From positions 32,708-96,707 of the forward strand of contig DASUTB010000005.1 in assembly GCA_036374835.1 (NCBI GenBank): a stretch of DNA of 64,000 nucleotides, read 5' to 3'. The position numbers and the translations under genes are program-made. This document shows, one piece after another, positions 31,592 to 41,369 of the stretch. The notes beneath the pieces were generated by a model that saw only the letters and a list, made by a program, of their open reading frames with translations, was not told the origin of the DNA and ran no database searches. Each line of letters opens with the position of its first letter. Position 1 is the stretch's first letter. This stretch comes from Jiangellaceae bacterium (lineage in GTDB: Bacteria > Actinomycetota > Actinomycetes > Jiangellales > Jiangellaceae).

Positions 31592-32677
31592 CTATGGCCG
31601 CTTGGCGCCCACGAACGGTTTGTACGACCCGCCGGCCTGCATGGCAGGAGCGGTGGTCACGTCCGTGCGCGGATTGGACGCGTGCACGACCGTTCCGTTC
31701 CCGATGTACATCGCGACATGGCTGATCGGGCTGCCATAGAACAGCAGATCACCAGGGGCCAATTCGTTGGCCGATACGGGAGTGCCGACGCCGTATTGCG
31801 CACTCGATGACCGGGGAAGACCGACGCCGACGGTGCCGTATGCCCAGCTCGTCAGGCCGGAGCAGTCGAAGGCGTCCGGCCCCGCGGCACCGTAGGAGTA
31901 GGGGTAGCCGACTTTGGAGAGCGCCGCTTGGACCGCGGCAGTCGCCCGCTCGCCGGCTGTGACATCGGCTCCGTCGTCGACATCGGCCCCGTCGTCGGTG
32001 GCCGTGATCCGGTGCGTGGCTTCGGACCGGTCCGCCTTAGCGGCTGCGCGTTCGCGCTCCTCCCGCCGGCGCAGTTCGGCCTGCTGCTCGGCGGTGAGCC
32101 GCTCGAGCAACTCCTGTTGTTGGGCGAGCAACTCCTCGACCGAGTTGCGTTCGGCTCGAAGCGTCGCTTCGATGTGCTCGAGGCGGCGCTCCTGCTCGGC
32201 GGCCATGAGTCTGGCCTGCTCGAGCGAGATCCGCTCGGCGGCGAGCGTCTCGAGCCGGTCGTTCTGCAGTTTCGCAAAGGCGTCCAACGTGGACGCGTCG
32301 GCAAGGTACTGGCCGATGTCGTCGGACAGCAGAGCCGAAACCGCAGGTTCGACGCCGGCGCCTCGGTAGACCGCGGCGGCGAACCCGCCGACCTCAACGG
32401 TCAGCGCGTCGAGACGTTCGGTCTGGCGATCAACTCGCGACTTGGCGCGGTCCAGTTCGCGCTGGGCGTCGGCAAGCTGTTCGGAGGCGATGTTGTGCCG
32501 CTCGTTGGCTTCGGCGGCCTTGGCATGGAGTCTGTCGACCTGGGTCTGGACCTCGTCGAGAGTCGGCTGCGGGTCGGCCCCGACGGCCGAGCCGCCGATC
32601 ACCGCCATGGCCGAAGCGGCGCTGGCGGCCACGACGATCCGGGCAAGGTGCAGTCGATTGCGGGGCTGTTGTGGCAC
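31592..32677 (-). CDS. NlpC/P60 (C40) peptidoglycan endopeptidase with N-terminal coiled coil (RipA-like)
   Basis: Catalytic motif DCSGLTSWAY plus H/H. Signal peptide. GTG start. Confidence 0.85.
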   Translation of the reverse strand: MPQQPRNRLHLARIVVAASAASAMAVIGGSAVGADPQPTLDEVQTQVDRLHAKAAEANERHNIASEQLADAQRELDRAKSRVDRQTERLDALTVEVGGFAAAVYRGAGVEPAVSALLSDDIGQYLADASTLDAFAKLQNDRLETLAAERISLEQARLMAAEQERRLEHIEATLRAERNSVEELLAQQQELLERLTAEQQAELRRREERERAAAKADRSEATHRITATDDGADVDDGADVTAGERATAAVQAALSKVGYPYSYGAAGPDAFDCSGLTSWAYGTVGVGLPRSSSAQYGVGTPVSANELAPGDLLFYGSPISHVAMYIGNGTVVHASNPRTDVTTAPAMQAGGSYKPFVGAKRP

Positions 32678-32689
32678 CGCGGGTCACCC

Positions 32690-32840
32690 TTCCTTCCGCG
32701 TCCGCCTACCGAGTTAGCTGACGGGTTTGGGCGGGGAAGGCGCCCTTCGGCCACCGGTGGCGGCCGACTCACCCCGGGGAAGTGATGGGTCCCCGGTTCC
32801 AGCCTTTGGGCCGGATTCGGCGGGAAGCGAGCTGTCGGTC
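32690..32840 (-). ncRNA. c-di-AMP riboswitch (ydaO/yuaA class) in the leader of the NlpC/P60 gene
   Basis: Transcript-sense sequence GAAUCCGGCCCAAAGGCUGGAACCGGGGACCC...CCCCGGGGUGAGUCGGCC...GGCCGAAGGGCGCC...CCCAAACCCGUCAGCUAACUCGGUAGGCGG matches the hallmark ydaO blocks as I recall them (GAAUCCGG, GGGGUGAAUC, CCCGAACCCGUCAGCUAACCUCGUA). This riboswitch class is known to precede rpf and NlpC/P60 genes in Actinobacteria. Confidence 0.65.
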
Positions 32841-32915
32841 CGTTACCGGCGATGGAGCCCGCCTCGCTCGCGAGGCTAGCGAGGCATGGGACAGTCGGCA
32901 AACCGAAACGCCTCT

Positions 32916-32932
32916 GAATGATCACGTTCGGT
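32916..32932 (+). repeat. Box copy 2: GAATGATCACGTTCGG, heading an ~85-bp element (32916-33000)
   Basis: Read directly. Internal palindrome gtagcttcacgaggcatgc/atgcctggtgaagctat. Confidence 0.7.
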
Positions 32933-33031
32933 ATGTCTCACGTAGCTTCACGAGGCATGCATGCCTGGTGAAGCTATGTCACTCCTGGTGAAGTGTTCGG
33001 CGCAGCGGCAAACGGCGCTAGGGTGTGCGAC

Positions 33032-33709
33032 ATGCCTGCGCGACCTCTCGCTGAGCTTGTCGATTCAGGGTGGGCGCAAGCCCTCGATCCCGTCGCGGAT
33101 CAAGTCGCGGCGATGGGGGAGTTCCTGCGTGCCGAGATCGCGGCCGGACGCTCGTACCTGCCGGCCGGGCAGAATGTGCTGCGGGCGTTCACCCAGCCAC
33201 TGGCCGACGTGCGCGTCCTGATCGTCGGCCAGGATCCGTACCCGACGCCGGGGCATGCCGTGGGCCTGTCATTCTCGGTAGGGCCGGACGTCCGTCCGCT
33301 CCCGGCCAGCCTCGTCAATATCTTCCGCGAGTACTCCGAGGACCTCGGGTACCCGGAACCGAGCACCGGCGATCTGTCGCCGTGGGCCGAACGCGGTGTC
33401 CTGCTGCTCAACCGGTCCCTCACCGTGGCGCCGGGCAAACCCGCGTCCCATCGGGGCAAAGGCTGGGAGGCGGTGACCGAGCAGGCGATCCGTGCGCTGG
33501 CTTCGCGCGGCGGTCCGTTGGCGGCGATCCTGTGGGGACGTGACGCCCGCAACCTGCGCCCGCTGCTCGGCGCCGTCCCGTGCGTCGAGTCGTCCCACCC
33601 GAGCCCGCTGTCGGCCCGCAACGGGTTCTTCGGGTCCCGCCCGTTCAGCCGGGTCAACGAGCTGCTCGTCAATCAAGGTGGCGAACCGGTCGATTGGAAG
33701 CTGCCGTAG
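33032..33709 (+). CDS. ung: Uracil-DNA glycosylase, family 1
   Basis: [18 protein letters not shown] and HPSPLSA motifs, collinear with E. coli Ung. Start trimmed to ATG 33032. Confidence 0.9.
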   Translation: MPARPLAELVDSGWAQALDPVADQVAAMGEFLRAEIAAGRSYLPAGQNVLRAFTQPLADVRVLIVGQDPYPTPGHAVGLSFSVGPDVRPLPASLVNIFREYSEDLGYPEPSTGDLSPWAERGVLLLNRSLTVAPGKPASHRGKGWEAVTEQAIRALASRGGPLAAILWGRDARNLRPLLGAVPCVESSHPSPLSARNGFFGSRPFSRVNELLVNQGGEPVDWKLP

Positions 33710-33762
33710 CGTCACAGCACGCCGGGGTAGCCCATTGACGAGGACAAGTCGCTCAGCCATCA

Positions 33763-33786
33763 TTGACTCAATGAACGTTGAGTCAA
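33763..33786 (+). promoter_or_regulatory. ArsR/SmtB-type operator palindrome TTGACTCAA-N6-TTGAGTCAA overlapping the start codon
   Basis: Perfect 9-bp inverted repeat read directly. The ATG at 33771 lies in the spacer. Confidence 0.5.
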
Positions 33787-34523
33787 CGTACGAGCCCCGA
33801 GCAGCCGTGCATGCTGCGCTCGGTGACCCGGCGCGGTTGGCCATCGTCGACGCTCTTGCGCTCACCGACGCCTCCCCGAGCGAGCTTGGCCGCGCGCTCG
33901 GCATGCCTTCGAACCTGCTCGCCCACCACCTCGGCGTACTGCAGCAGGCGAAGGTGATCGTTCGCGGGAGATCCGAGGCGGACCGGCGGCGGACCTATGT
34001 CGGCTTGGCGGCGGCGGCCATACCGTATGCGGTCGCGGACGACGTACCTGAGGTGCTACGGCGCATCGTCTTCATCTGCACCCACAACTCGGCTCGCTCA
34101 CCGCTGGCAGCCGCGTTGTGGGCGAACCGGTCCGACGTGCCGGCCACTTCGGCAGGCACGCACCCCGCGTCACACGTACACCGCGAGGCAGTCGCGGCCG
34201 CCCGGCGGCACGGTCTCGAACTGCGCCATGCCCGTACGGCCCACGTCCGGGACGTACTGCGCACCGGCGACCTCGTTGTCGCGGTCTGCGACGGAGCCTA
34301 CGAAGAACTGGCCGGTCGTGAGTTCGCTCAACTGCACTGGTCGGTGCCGGACCCCGCACGCGGCAGGACCGCCGATGCGTTCGATCGTGCCTTCGAAAGC
34401 CTCGACGAACGTGTCGAAAGGCTCGTGACAGCCGTTGAAAGGAGACAGCGCTGTGACCGCACGCAACCTGACCCTCGAGCAGAACATGGCGCTCGAGTCG
34501 GCGGCGAACCGGCTCGCCGGTGA
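33771..34523 (+). CDS. ArsR-family HTH fused to LMW-PTP-type arsenate reductase (ArsR-ArsC fusion)
   Basis: HTH (LGDPARLAIVDALALTDASPSELGRALGMPSNLLAHHLGVL) followed by CTHNSARS P-loop (CX5R). Confidence 0.65.
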   Translation: MNVESTYEPRAAVHAALGDPARLAIVDALALTDASPSELGRALGMPSNLLAHHLGVLQQAKVIVRGRSEADRRRTYVGLAAAAIPYAVADDVPEVLRRIVFICTHNSARSPLAAALWANRSDVPATSAGTHPASHVHREAVAAARRHGLELRHARTAHVRDVLRTGDLVVAVCDGAYEELAGREFAQLHWSVPDPARGRTADAFDRAFESLDERVERLVTAVERRQRCDRTQPDPRAEHGARVGGEPARR

Positions 34524-35097
34524 GTTCCGGGACACGTTCGGGAAGGAGACGATCGAACAGTTCCTGCGTACCAGCTTCGACCAGTTCGCGCGCAACGCAA
34601 AATTGCCGAACTACGTGCCGCTACTCGCCGAGCGCTTTGCGCGTCAGCGACTCAAGGCTCTGGCCAAGGTGGAGGGAGAAGCGCGCGACGGGGTGCCGAT
34701 CGCGCTGTTCTTGTGTGTGCACAATTCCGGCCGGTCGCAGATGGCCATGGGGTGGTTCCAGCACCTGGCGGGGGGCCGGGCATTGGCATGGTCCGGCGGA
34801 TCCGAGCCGGGCAGCGAGCTGAACCCGGTCGTCGTGGAGTCGATGCACGAGCGCGGAATCGATATCTCCGATGAGTTTCCCAAGCCATGGACGGACGAGG
34901 TGGTACGGGCCGCAGACGTGGTCGTGACCATGGGTTGCGGAGATGCCTGCCCGATCTTTCCGGGCAAGCGGTACGAAGATTGGGATCTCGAGGATCCGTC
35001 CGGCCGGACTTTGGAGGAGGTCCGGATGATCAGGGGCGAGATCGAGCGACGGGTCCGGAGGTTGCTCGACGAATTGGGCGCCTCGGTACCGAACTGA
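34435..35097 (+). CDS. arsC: Arsenate reductase, LMW-PTP/ArsC family with N-terminal extension
   Basis: CVHNSGRS P-loop. Start ambiguous (34435, 34452 or 34486); overlaps the end of the preceding gene. Confidence 0.65.
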   Translation: MKGDSAVTARNLTLEQNMALESAANRLAGEFRDTFGKETIEQFLRTSFDQFARNAKLPNYVPLLAERFARQRLKALAKVEGEARDGVPIALFLCVHNSGRSQMAMGWFQHLAGGRALAWSGGSEPGSELNPVVVESMHERGIDISDEFPKPWTDEVVRAADVVVTMGCGDACPIFPGKRYEDWDLEDPSGRTLEEVRMIRGEIERRVRRLLDELGASVPN

Positions 35098-35181
35098 ATC
35101 GCGAGCAGCGTTGCCGGCACTTTGCTGGGCGGATGCCGCCGTTGCTCGGTCTGAAGGCATCGTATGGCTGGGAAATACCGG

Positions 35182-35197
35182 CCTTACGTGGTCATTC
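35182..35197 (-). repeat. Box copy 7: GAATGACCACGTAAGG
   Basis: Read directly at the 3' end of the small ORF. Confidence 0.6.
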
Positions 35198-35435
35198 GGC
35201 GGCGGCGCTGGTTGATTGAGAGGAAGTTGATCAGTGCGACCGCGGCGACGATGGCGGCCGGGATCGACACCCAGCGGTTGTCGTCGCCGGCGATGAACGT
35301 GACGACAGCGAATACGACGAACACAAGTCCGCTGAGCCACATGCGGACCGTGCCCCCGGTGGGAAGCTCGGCATCACCCGCGCCGGCGGCGGAGTCCCGC
35401 TCACCGCCACCGTCGGTGTTGTTCGATTCGGCCAT
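35184..35435 (-). CDS. Small hypothetical membrane protein
   Basis: 83 aa, one transmembrane segment, ends ...RRRRMTT with box copy 7 embedded at its 3' end. Weak. Confidence 0.35.
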   Translation of the reverse strand: MAESNNTDGGGERDSAAGAGDAELPTGGTVRMWLSGLVFVVFAVVTFIAGDDNRWVSIPAAIVAAVALINFLSINQRRRRMTT

Positions 35436-35472
35436 GTTCTATTCTCCCCCGTGCGCCGCCTTGCTCGACCTC

Positions 35473-36381
35473 CTACCCGAACTTGCCGCTGACATACTCC
35501 TCGGTACGCCGGTCGGACGGTTTGGTGAAGATCTTCTCGGTGTCGTCGTACTCGACGATCCGGCCCCATCGGTCCTTCTCGTCGGACGTGAGCTCGACGG
35601 TCAGGAACGCGGTCATGTCCGAGACACGTGCGGCCTGCTGCATGTTGTGCGTCACGATGACGATCGAGTATTGCTCCTTGAGCTCGATCATCAGATCCTC
35701 GATCTTGAAGGTCGAAACCGGGTCCAGCGCCGAGCACGGCTCGTCCATGAGGATCACGTCCGGGTCGACCGCGATCGCTCGGGCGATGCAGAGGCGCTGC
35801 TGCTGACCGCCGGACATGCCGTAGGCGTTGTCGCCGAGCCGGTCCTTGACCTCGTCCCACAGCGCCGCGCGGCGAAGTGCCTTCTCGACGATCTCGTCCA
35901 TGTCGCCCTTCATACCGAGGGTCTTGGGTCCGAAGGCGATGTTGTCGTAGATCGACTTGGGGAACGGGTTCGGTTTCTGGAACACCATACCGATGATCTT
36001 GCGTACCTGGACCGGGTCCACTTTCGGCCCGTACAGGTCGGCGCCGTGATACAGCACCTGGCCGTCGATCCGAGCACTCGGGATCAGGTCGTTCATCCGG
36101 TTCAGGCAGCGCAGCAGCGTGCTCTTGCCGCAGCCGGACGGACCGATCAGCGCGGTGATGTTCTTGTGGAAGATGTCGAGCGTCACGTCCTTGACCGCCG
36201 GCTTGTCGCCGTAGCTGACCGAGACGTCCTTGAGTTCGAACGTCTTCTCCCCGTGCTCGACGTGACGGGACTGCCGGCGGTGCTCCGGCCGTACGGAGAT
36301 TTCGGGGTACGCCGCTGCCCCGTCGCTGTTGCGTGCGACAGAGCCGCGCTGCGTCTCCGTTGCCACCTTGTCGGTCATCGG
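35473..36381 (-). CDS. pstB: Phosphate ABC transporter ATP-binding protein PstB
   Basis: Walker [27 protein letters not shown]. Start trimmed to MTDKVATE at 36381. Confidence 0.9.
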   Translation of the reverse strand, partial: PMTDKVATETQRGSVARNSDGAAAYPEISVRPEHRRQSRHVEHGEKTFELKDVSVSYGDKPAVKDVTLDIFHKNITALIGPSGCGKSTLLRCLNRMNDLIPSARIDGQVLYHGADLYGPKVDPVQVRKIIGMVFQKPNPFPKSIYDNIAFGPKTLGMKGDMDEIVEKALRRAALWDEVKDRLGDNAYGMSGGQQQRLCIARAIAVDPDVILMDEPCSALDPVSTFKIEDLMIELKEQYSIVIVTHNMQQAARVSDMTAFLTVELTSDEKDRWGRIVEYDDTEKIFTKPSDRRTEEYVSGKFG

Positions 36382-36386
36382 TGCAC

Positions 36387-37331
36387 CTACCATTGCTGCT
36401 CGTATCGGTTGCGGAGCCAGATTGCGAATGAGTTCATCGCGAGGACCAGTGCCAGCATGACAAGAACGCCGGCGGCGGCCAACTGATGGAATTCCTCCTG
36501 CGGCTGGGCCGACCACGCGAAGATCTGCACCGGCAACGTCGTGAAGCGGCCCTCGAAGAAGCTCGGGTCGAACGTCACGAACGTCACGGTGCCGATCATG
36601 AGCAGCGGAGCGGCCTCACCGATCGCCCGCGCCACGGCAAGGATCACGCCGGTGAGAATTCCGGACGTCGAGGCCGGCAGCACTTGCCGCCACACGGTCT
36701 GCCAGGGCGTGGCGCCGAGCGCGAGTGAGCCCTCGCGAATCGACGGCGGAACCGCGCGAATGGCCTCGCGAGCGGCGAGGATCACCGTCGGGAGCACCAG
36801 CATCGCGATGGTCAGCGAACCGGCGGCCACGGTGAATCCGAAGTTCAGCGGCGCCCGGACGATGAATGCGAGCCCGAGAATGCCGAAGACGATCGACGGA
36901 ACGCCGGCCAGATTCTGGATGTTGAGTTCGACGAAGCGGTTGTACCACTTCTCCTTATCGGCGAACTCCTCGAGATAGACGGCCGCCCCGACCCCGAGCG
37001 GCACGATCAGTGTGATGACACCGACGATCACGAGAACCGAGCCGATGATCGCGGGACGGTATCCCGCCTCCTCCGGATTGACGACCGACGGATTGTCGGT
37101 GAACAGCCCGAGGTCGAACCGCGGCGCGCCTTCCTGGATCATCCAGATGAGCATGCCGGCCAGGCCCGCGACGGCAACGCTCAGCCCGAGCAGTAACAGG
37201 GCCAAGAACACTTTGCTGCCGATGCGCTCGCCGACCGGCCGGCGGCCGAAAACGGAATCGGTCGCCGCACGGGCCCCGGCGACCGCGAGGCGGGTGCGGG
37301 CCGTGCCGGGAGTCTTGAGGTCCGTCATCAC
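36387..37331 (-). CDS. pstA: Phosphate ABC transporter permease PstA
   Basis: Permease-family membrane protein in conserved pstSCAB order. Confidence 0.9.
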   Translation of the reverse strand: MMTDLKTPGTARTRLAVAGARAATDSVFGRRPVGERIGSKVFLALLLLGLSVAVAGLAGMLIWMIQEGAPRFDLGLFTDNPSVVNPEEAGYRPAIIGSVLVIVGVITLIVPLGVGAAVYLEEFADKEKWYNRFVELNIQNLAGVPSIVFGILGLAFIVRAPLNFGFTVAAGSLTIAMLVLPTVILAAREAIRAVPPSIREGSLALGATPWQTVWRQVLPASTSGILTGVILAVARAIGEAAPLLMIGTVTFVTFDPSFFEGRFTTLPVQIFAWSAQPQEEFHQLAAAGVLVMLALVLAMNSFAIWLRNRYEQQW

Positions 37332-38281
37332 TCGTACACCTCGCGGAAGCGGCGGACCAGTCTGATCGCGAATATGTTCATGAGGAACGTCAGGACGAAC
37401 AGCAGCGCACCAACGGCGAAGATCGTGTAGTAGTCGATGGTTCCGATTGCGATGTCACCGGTCGAGGTCTGGCCGATGTAGGCGGTCATCGTCTGCACCG
37501 ACTCGGTCGGGTCGATCGAGAGTTGCGGGGTCGCGCCGGCGGCCATCAGTACGACCATGGTCTCGCCGATCGCTCGCGAGATCGCGAGCACGAATGCGGC
37601 CACGATGCCGGAGATCGCGGCCGGGAACACGACCCGGATCGCGACGCGGACCTTGCTCGCTCCTAGCGCGTAGGCGCCCTCGCGCAGGCCCTGCGGTACC
37701 GAGCGCATCGCGTCGTCGGATACCGACGCTACGAGCGGAACGATCAACAGCCCTACCGCGACGCCGGCGACGCCAACCGAGAACGGCCCGCGCCAGGACA
37801 GGAACGGAAATACATCCTCGGCCAGCGGGCGCAGGAAGTACAAGGCGAACAGGCCGATCGCGACGGTCGGGATGCCTTCGAGGATCTCCAGCATCGGCTT
37901 GATCGTCTTGCGTACCCGTCTCGGCGCATACTCGGACATGTAGATCGCCGCAGACAGCCCGACGGGGACGGCGACGATCAGCGCCCAGAAGACGATGTTC
38001 AGCGTGCCGACCACGATCGGCACGACACCGAACTCCGGATCGGCGAACGACGGTGCCCAATCGGTACCGAAAAGGAAGTCCACGACGGGGACCTGCTCGA
38101 AGAAGTCGATCGCTCCGAACAGGAGTGACAACACGATCCCGGCGGTGACCGCCACCGAGAAGGCGGCGGCTACGCCGAGGAGGACCTTGATGGCCTTCTC
38201 GCCGTATCGCGGGCTCGTGGCCTCCAGCGATCGGCGCTGTGGGGCGCCGGTGCTGGAGGCCACGGTGTCCTGGGTTGGCAC
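37328..38281 (-). CDS. pstC: Phosphate ABC transporter permease PstC
   Basis: Permease. Its stop codon overlaps the pstA start codon. Confidence 0.9.
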   Translation of the reverse strand: MPTQDTVASSTGAPQRRSLEATSPRYGEKAIKVLLGVAAAFSVAVTAGIVLSLLFGAIDFFEQVPVVDFLFGTDWAPSFADPEFGVVPIVVGTLNIVFWALIVAVPVGLSAAIYMSEYAPRRVRKTIKPMLEILEGIPTVAIGLFALYFLRPLAEDVFPFLSWRGPFSVGVAGVAVGLLIVPLVASVSDDAMRSVPQGLREGAYALGASKVRVAIRVVFPAAISGIVAAFVLAISRAIGETMVVLMAAGATPQLSIDPTESVQTMTAYIGQTSTGDIAIGTIDYYTIFAVGALLFVLTFLMNIFAIRLVRRFREVYE

Positions 38282-38286
38282 GGAAC

Positions 38287-39276
38287 TTAGCCTCCCATAA
38301 GGGCGTTGACCTGCTCGCGAGCGGTTTCCTTCTGCTCCTCGGTCAACGGGATCGCGCCGACCGCAGCGGCGATCTCCTCGTTGTTGTCGATGTAGTACTG
38401 GATGAACGCCTGGACCTCGGGGCGCTCGAGCGCCAGGTCCGACGGGTAGATGAACAGGCCTCGTGCCAGTGGCGTGTACGAGCCGTCCTGAGCGGTGTCC
38501 TCCGACGGGGCGACGCAGCCGCTGCCGCCGTCGATCTCCAGCGCCTTGACCGTGTCGGCGTTCTCCGCGTAGTAGGTGTAGCCCGCGTAGAACATGCCGC
38601 CGACCGAGCCTTGTACGCCGGTCAGGCCCTGGTTGTCGTCCTCACCGATGTTGTTGTAGTCGGTGCGCTGGGCGCCCTCTTCACCGTTGATCGCGTCGGT
38701 GAAGTAGTCGAACGTCCCCGAGTCGGTACCCGGGCCGTACAGGTCGAGCGGCTCGTCGAAGTCGACGTCGAGGTCGGGGATCTCGCTCCAGCTGGAGATC
38801 GTGGAGTCCGGTCCCCAGATCGCGTTGAGTTGCTCGGCGGTCAGGCAGTCCACCGGGTTGTCCGGGTGAACCATGACGGACAGCGCGTCGTTCGCGACCG
38901 TCAACTGCTCGTAGGCGATGTCATTGCTCTCACAGGCTGCGGCCTCGTCATCCCCGATCGGGCGGGACGCGTCGGAGATGTCCGTCTCGCCGGCGCAGAA
39001 TTTCTCGAAGCCGCCACCGGTACCGGAGCTCGCGACACCGACCTGGACGCCGGGGTTCTCGGACATGAACAGCTCCGCGGCGGCGCTGGAAAGCGGAAAA
39101 ACGGTGCTGGAGCCGTCGATGTTGACGTTGCCGGACAGCTCGTCGGACACTTCCTCGGTCGACTCGGAGTCTTCGGTGGTGTCCCCGTTGTCGCCGTTGC
39201 CGTCGCCACAGGCGGCGAGGACGAACGCCATGGCCGCGACGGCGGACGCCGTCCTGAACCACTTGTTGCGAATCAT
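38287..39276 (-). CDS. pstS: Phosphate-binding lipoprotein PstS
   Basis: Start trimmed to [23 protein letters not shown] (lipobox) with a GAAGGAG ribosome-binding site. SGTGGG phosphate-binding motif. Confidence 0.85.
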   Translation of the reverse strand: MIRNKWFRTASAVAAMAFVLAACGDGNGDNGDTTEDSESTEEVSDELSGNVNIDGSSTVFPLSSAAAELFMSENPGVQVGVASSGTGGGFEKFCAGETDISDASRPIGDDEAAACESNDIAYEQLTVANDALSVMVHPDNPVDCLTAEQLNAIWGPDSTISSWSEIPDLDVDFDEPLDLYGPGTDSGTFDYFTDAINGEEGAQRTDYNNIGEDDNQGLTGVQGSVGGMFYAGYTYYAENADTVKALEIDGGSGCVAPSEDTAQDGSYTPLARGLFIYPSDLALERPEVQAFIQYYIDNNEEIAAAVGAIPLTEEQKETAREQVNALMGG

Positions 39277-39390
39277 CTCCACTCCTTCTTCCCTGTCAGC
39301 CGGCAGGGCGAACCCTGCTGGATGCGTGACCCGCGCGGCTTTGCCCACCGGGCGTCGCTAGCCATGGAATGCGTCTCGTCTGACCGGCCG

Positions 39391-39420
39391 AAGGTGAGAA
39401 GGTGAACGGACGGTGAACCC
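39391..39420 (-). promoter_or_regulatory. PHO box: tandem 11-nt direct-repeat units GTTCACCgtccGTTCACCttctCACCTTc (PhoP site) upstream of pstS
   Basis: Read directly. Matches the actinobacterial PHO-box direct-repeat-unit consensus GTTCACC. Confidence 0.6.
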
Positions 39421-39546
39421 GAGCTACCAAGTTCATGAAGGCTTTCGTTATCGCCTTGTGACATCAGCGCTCCCTCGGCGCTCGTGCCTGACTGGGTGCG
39501 AGTTGCGACGTCCTTGGCCACATTCCGGGCCGGGCGAGCTACCGTC

Positions 39547-41301
39547 GTGTCCGTGAGTTCCAGCCAACCACAGCATGTTGGGCCCTACCGCCTGATCGAA
39601 AAGATCGGCGAAGGCGGCATGGGTGTGGTCCACCTGGCTGTCAGTCCGGACGGCGGGCTGGCTGCGGTCAAGGTGCTGCGCCCCTGGCTCGTGGGCGGCG
39701 AGGATGCGCGCCGCCGGTTCGAGAAGGAGTTCGCTGCTCTGCACCGCGTCCGAGGTCACCGGGTCGCCGCGGTGCTCGACGCGGACGTCGACGGCGATCT
39801 GCCCTACATCGCCACTCGGTACGTGCGTGGCTCGTCCCTCGACAAGGTGGTCGGCGACCACGGCCCGCTGCAAGGGCGTGCGTTGATGCGGCTGGCGGAC
39901 GGTCTGGCCGAGGCGGTCGCGACCGTGCACGACGCGGACGTCGTCCATCGCGATATCAAGCCGGGCAACGTCATGATGACCGACAACGGCCCGGTGTTGA
40001 TCGATTTCGGTCTCGCCCGCGCGATCGACGAGACGCGGCTGACCGCGACAGGGATGGTGATCGGCACCCCGGGCTACCTCGCGCCGGAGGTGGTGGCCGG
40101 CGGGGTGCCGCAGCCGCCGGCGGACGTTCACGGCTGGGCCGCGACGGTCGCATTCGCGGCCACCGGCAGACCACCGTACGGAGCCGGTCCCGCTGCGGTC
40201 GTGCTGGACCGGATCCGTCGCGGCGATCTCGATATCGACGACGTCGAGCCCGGCCTGGCGTCCGTCCTGAAACGTGCCCTGGTAGCCGATCCGGCCGCGC
40301 GTCCCACCATCACAACGGTGCGAGCGATGCTGGCCGAGCCCGATGCCGCCGGGACAACAGCCTTCGGCGTAGCCGCCGGTGCGGCCGCCGCCGCAGCTCC
40401 GAGACCGAGCAACGACCAGGCCGCCACCGACCAGACAGTCACCAACGCTGCTGCCACCGATCCGAACGCGCCGCCGGCGGCGAATCACCAGAACGGCGAG
40501 TCGCCGACCGTGACGAGCGCAGCGACGGCGTACGCGCGGCCCACTCGTATTCAGGAGGTGCCGCTGCCGGCGGCCGACCGCGAGGCACCGACTGCGCCCG
40601 GAACCGACACCGTGCCGGGTGGGCCTACCGTGCCGGCCGCTCCGTCCTCCAACGGGCGTGCCGCTTCGCCGGCCCGCAAGCCACGGCGGCCGGCAACTCT
40701 CGGACCGGACGGGATCGCCCCACCGCTGGCCACGTGGCCGGCCCGGCTCGCGCTCGTCACGGGCGCCGCGGCACTGGTGGTTCTGCTCGGCGTCTCCAGC
40801 GGCTTCGGGCTCGTCGTCCTGTTCGCCCTCCTGGTCACCGGCCGCACGACATGGCGGGTCCGGCGTAGCCTGTACCAACGGCGCGTCGCGCGCGGTTACC
40901 AGCCGCGGGACAACATGGCCACCGCGGCGGGCACACCGTGGTACGTGCTCGTCTCGTCGATCCCGTCGTTCTTTCAGGTCGTGCTTCTCGGCGGAGTCGG
41001 GTACGTGATCGGAACCGCGGTGGCGCTGTCGCCGGATGCCGGGCCGCGGGGGCCGTTCGTCGTGGCGGCGATCGTGATCGTCGCGCTTGCCTGGGTGGGC
41101 CCGGCGACGTCGAAGGTGCGGCACGGGATACGTGCGCTGGCCGCCCCGCTGGACCGGAACACCCGTACCGGATGGATCGCGGCCGGGGTGTTGTTCGCGA
41201 TCGCATGGATCTTGGCGCTCATCTGGGAGTCCTACCCGACGACGTGGCCGATTCCGGAGTTCCTAGACTTCGTCGTGAATGAATTAGAACAAACCGTATG
41301 A
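39547..41301 (+). CDS. Ser/Thr protein kinase with C-terminal transmembrane/extracellular region
   Basis: Hanks motifs (GEGGMGVV, VKVL, HRDIKPGN, DFGLA, GTPGYLAPE). Start uncertain: GTG 39547 or 39553, or ATG 39484. Confidence 0.8.
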   Translation: MSVSSSQPQHVGPYRLIEKIGEGGMGVVHLAVSPDGGLAAVKVLRPWLVGGEDARRRFEKEFAALHRVRGHRVAAVLDADVDGDLPYIATRYVRGSSLDKVVGDHGPLQGRALMRLADGLAEAVATVHDADVVHRDIKPGNVMMTDNGPVLIDFGLARAIDETRLTATGMVIGTPGYLAPEVVAGGVPQPPADVHGWAATVAFAATGRPPYGAGPAAVVLDRIRRGDLDIDDVEPGLASVLKRALVADPAARPTITTVRAMLAEPDAAGTTAFGVAAGAAAAAAPRPSNDQAATDQTVTNAAATDPNAPPAANHQNGESPTVTSAATAYARPTRIQEVPLPAADREAPTAPGTDTVPGGPTVPAAPSSNGRAASPARKPRRPATLGPDGIAPPLATWPARLALVTGAAALVVLLGVSSGFGLVVLFALLVTGRTTWRVRRSLYQRRVARGYQPRDNMATAAGTPWYVLVSSIPSFFQVVLLGGVGYVIGTAVALSPDAGPRGPFVVAAIVIVALAWVGPATSKVRHGIRALAAPLDRNTRTGWIAAGVLFAIAWILALIWESYPTTWPIPEFLDFVVNELEQTV

Positions 41302-41369
41302 GTTGACAGCCGTCAACGGCGGGTATCCCCTAGCATGCGATCGTCTGAACCGGACTTCGGGAGGAAGCT

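Noticed and set aside
35164-36486. 440-aa + ORF
   Set aside because: Antisense of pstB, which has canonical Walker A/B and signature motifs.
41302-41345. Sigma-70-type promoter TTGACA…TAGCAT upstream of DUF47
   Set aside because: The spacing between the hexamers is about 22 nt, too long for a functional -35/-10 pair. Kept only as a palindrome observation.
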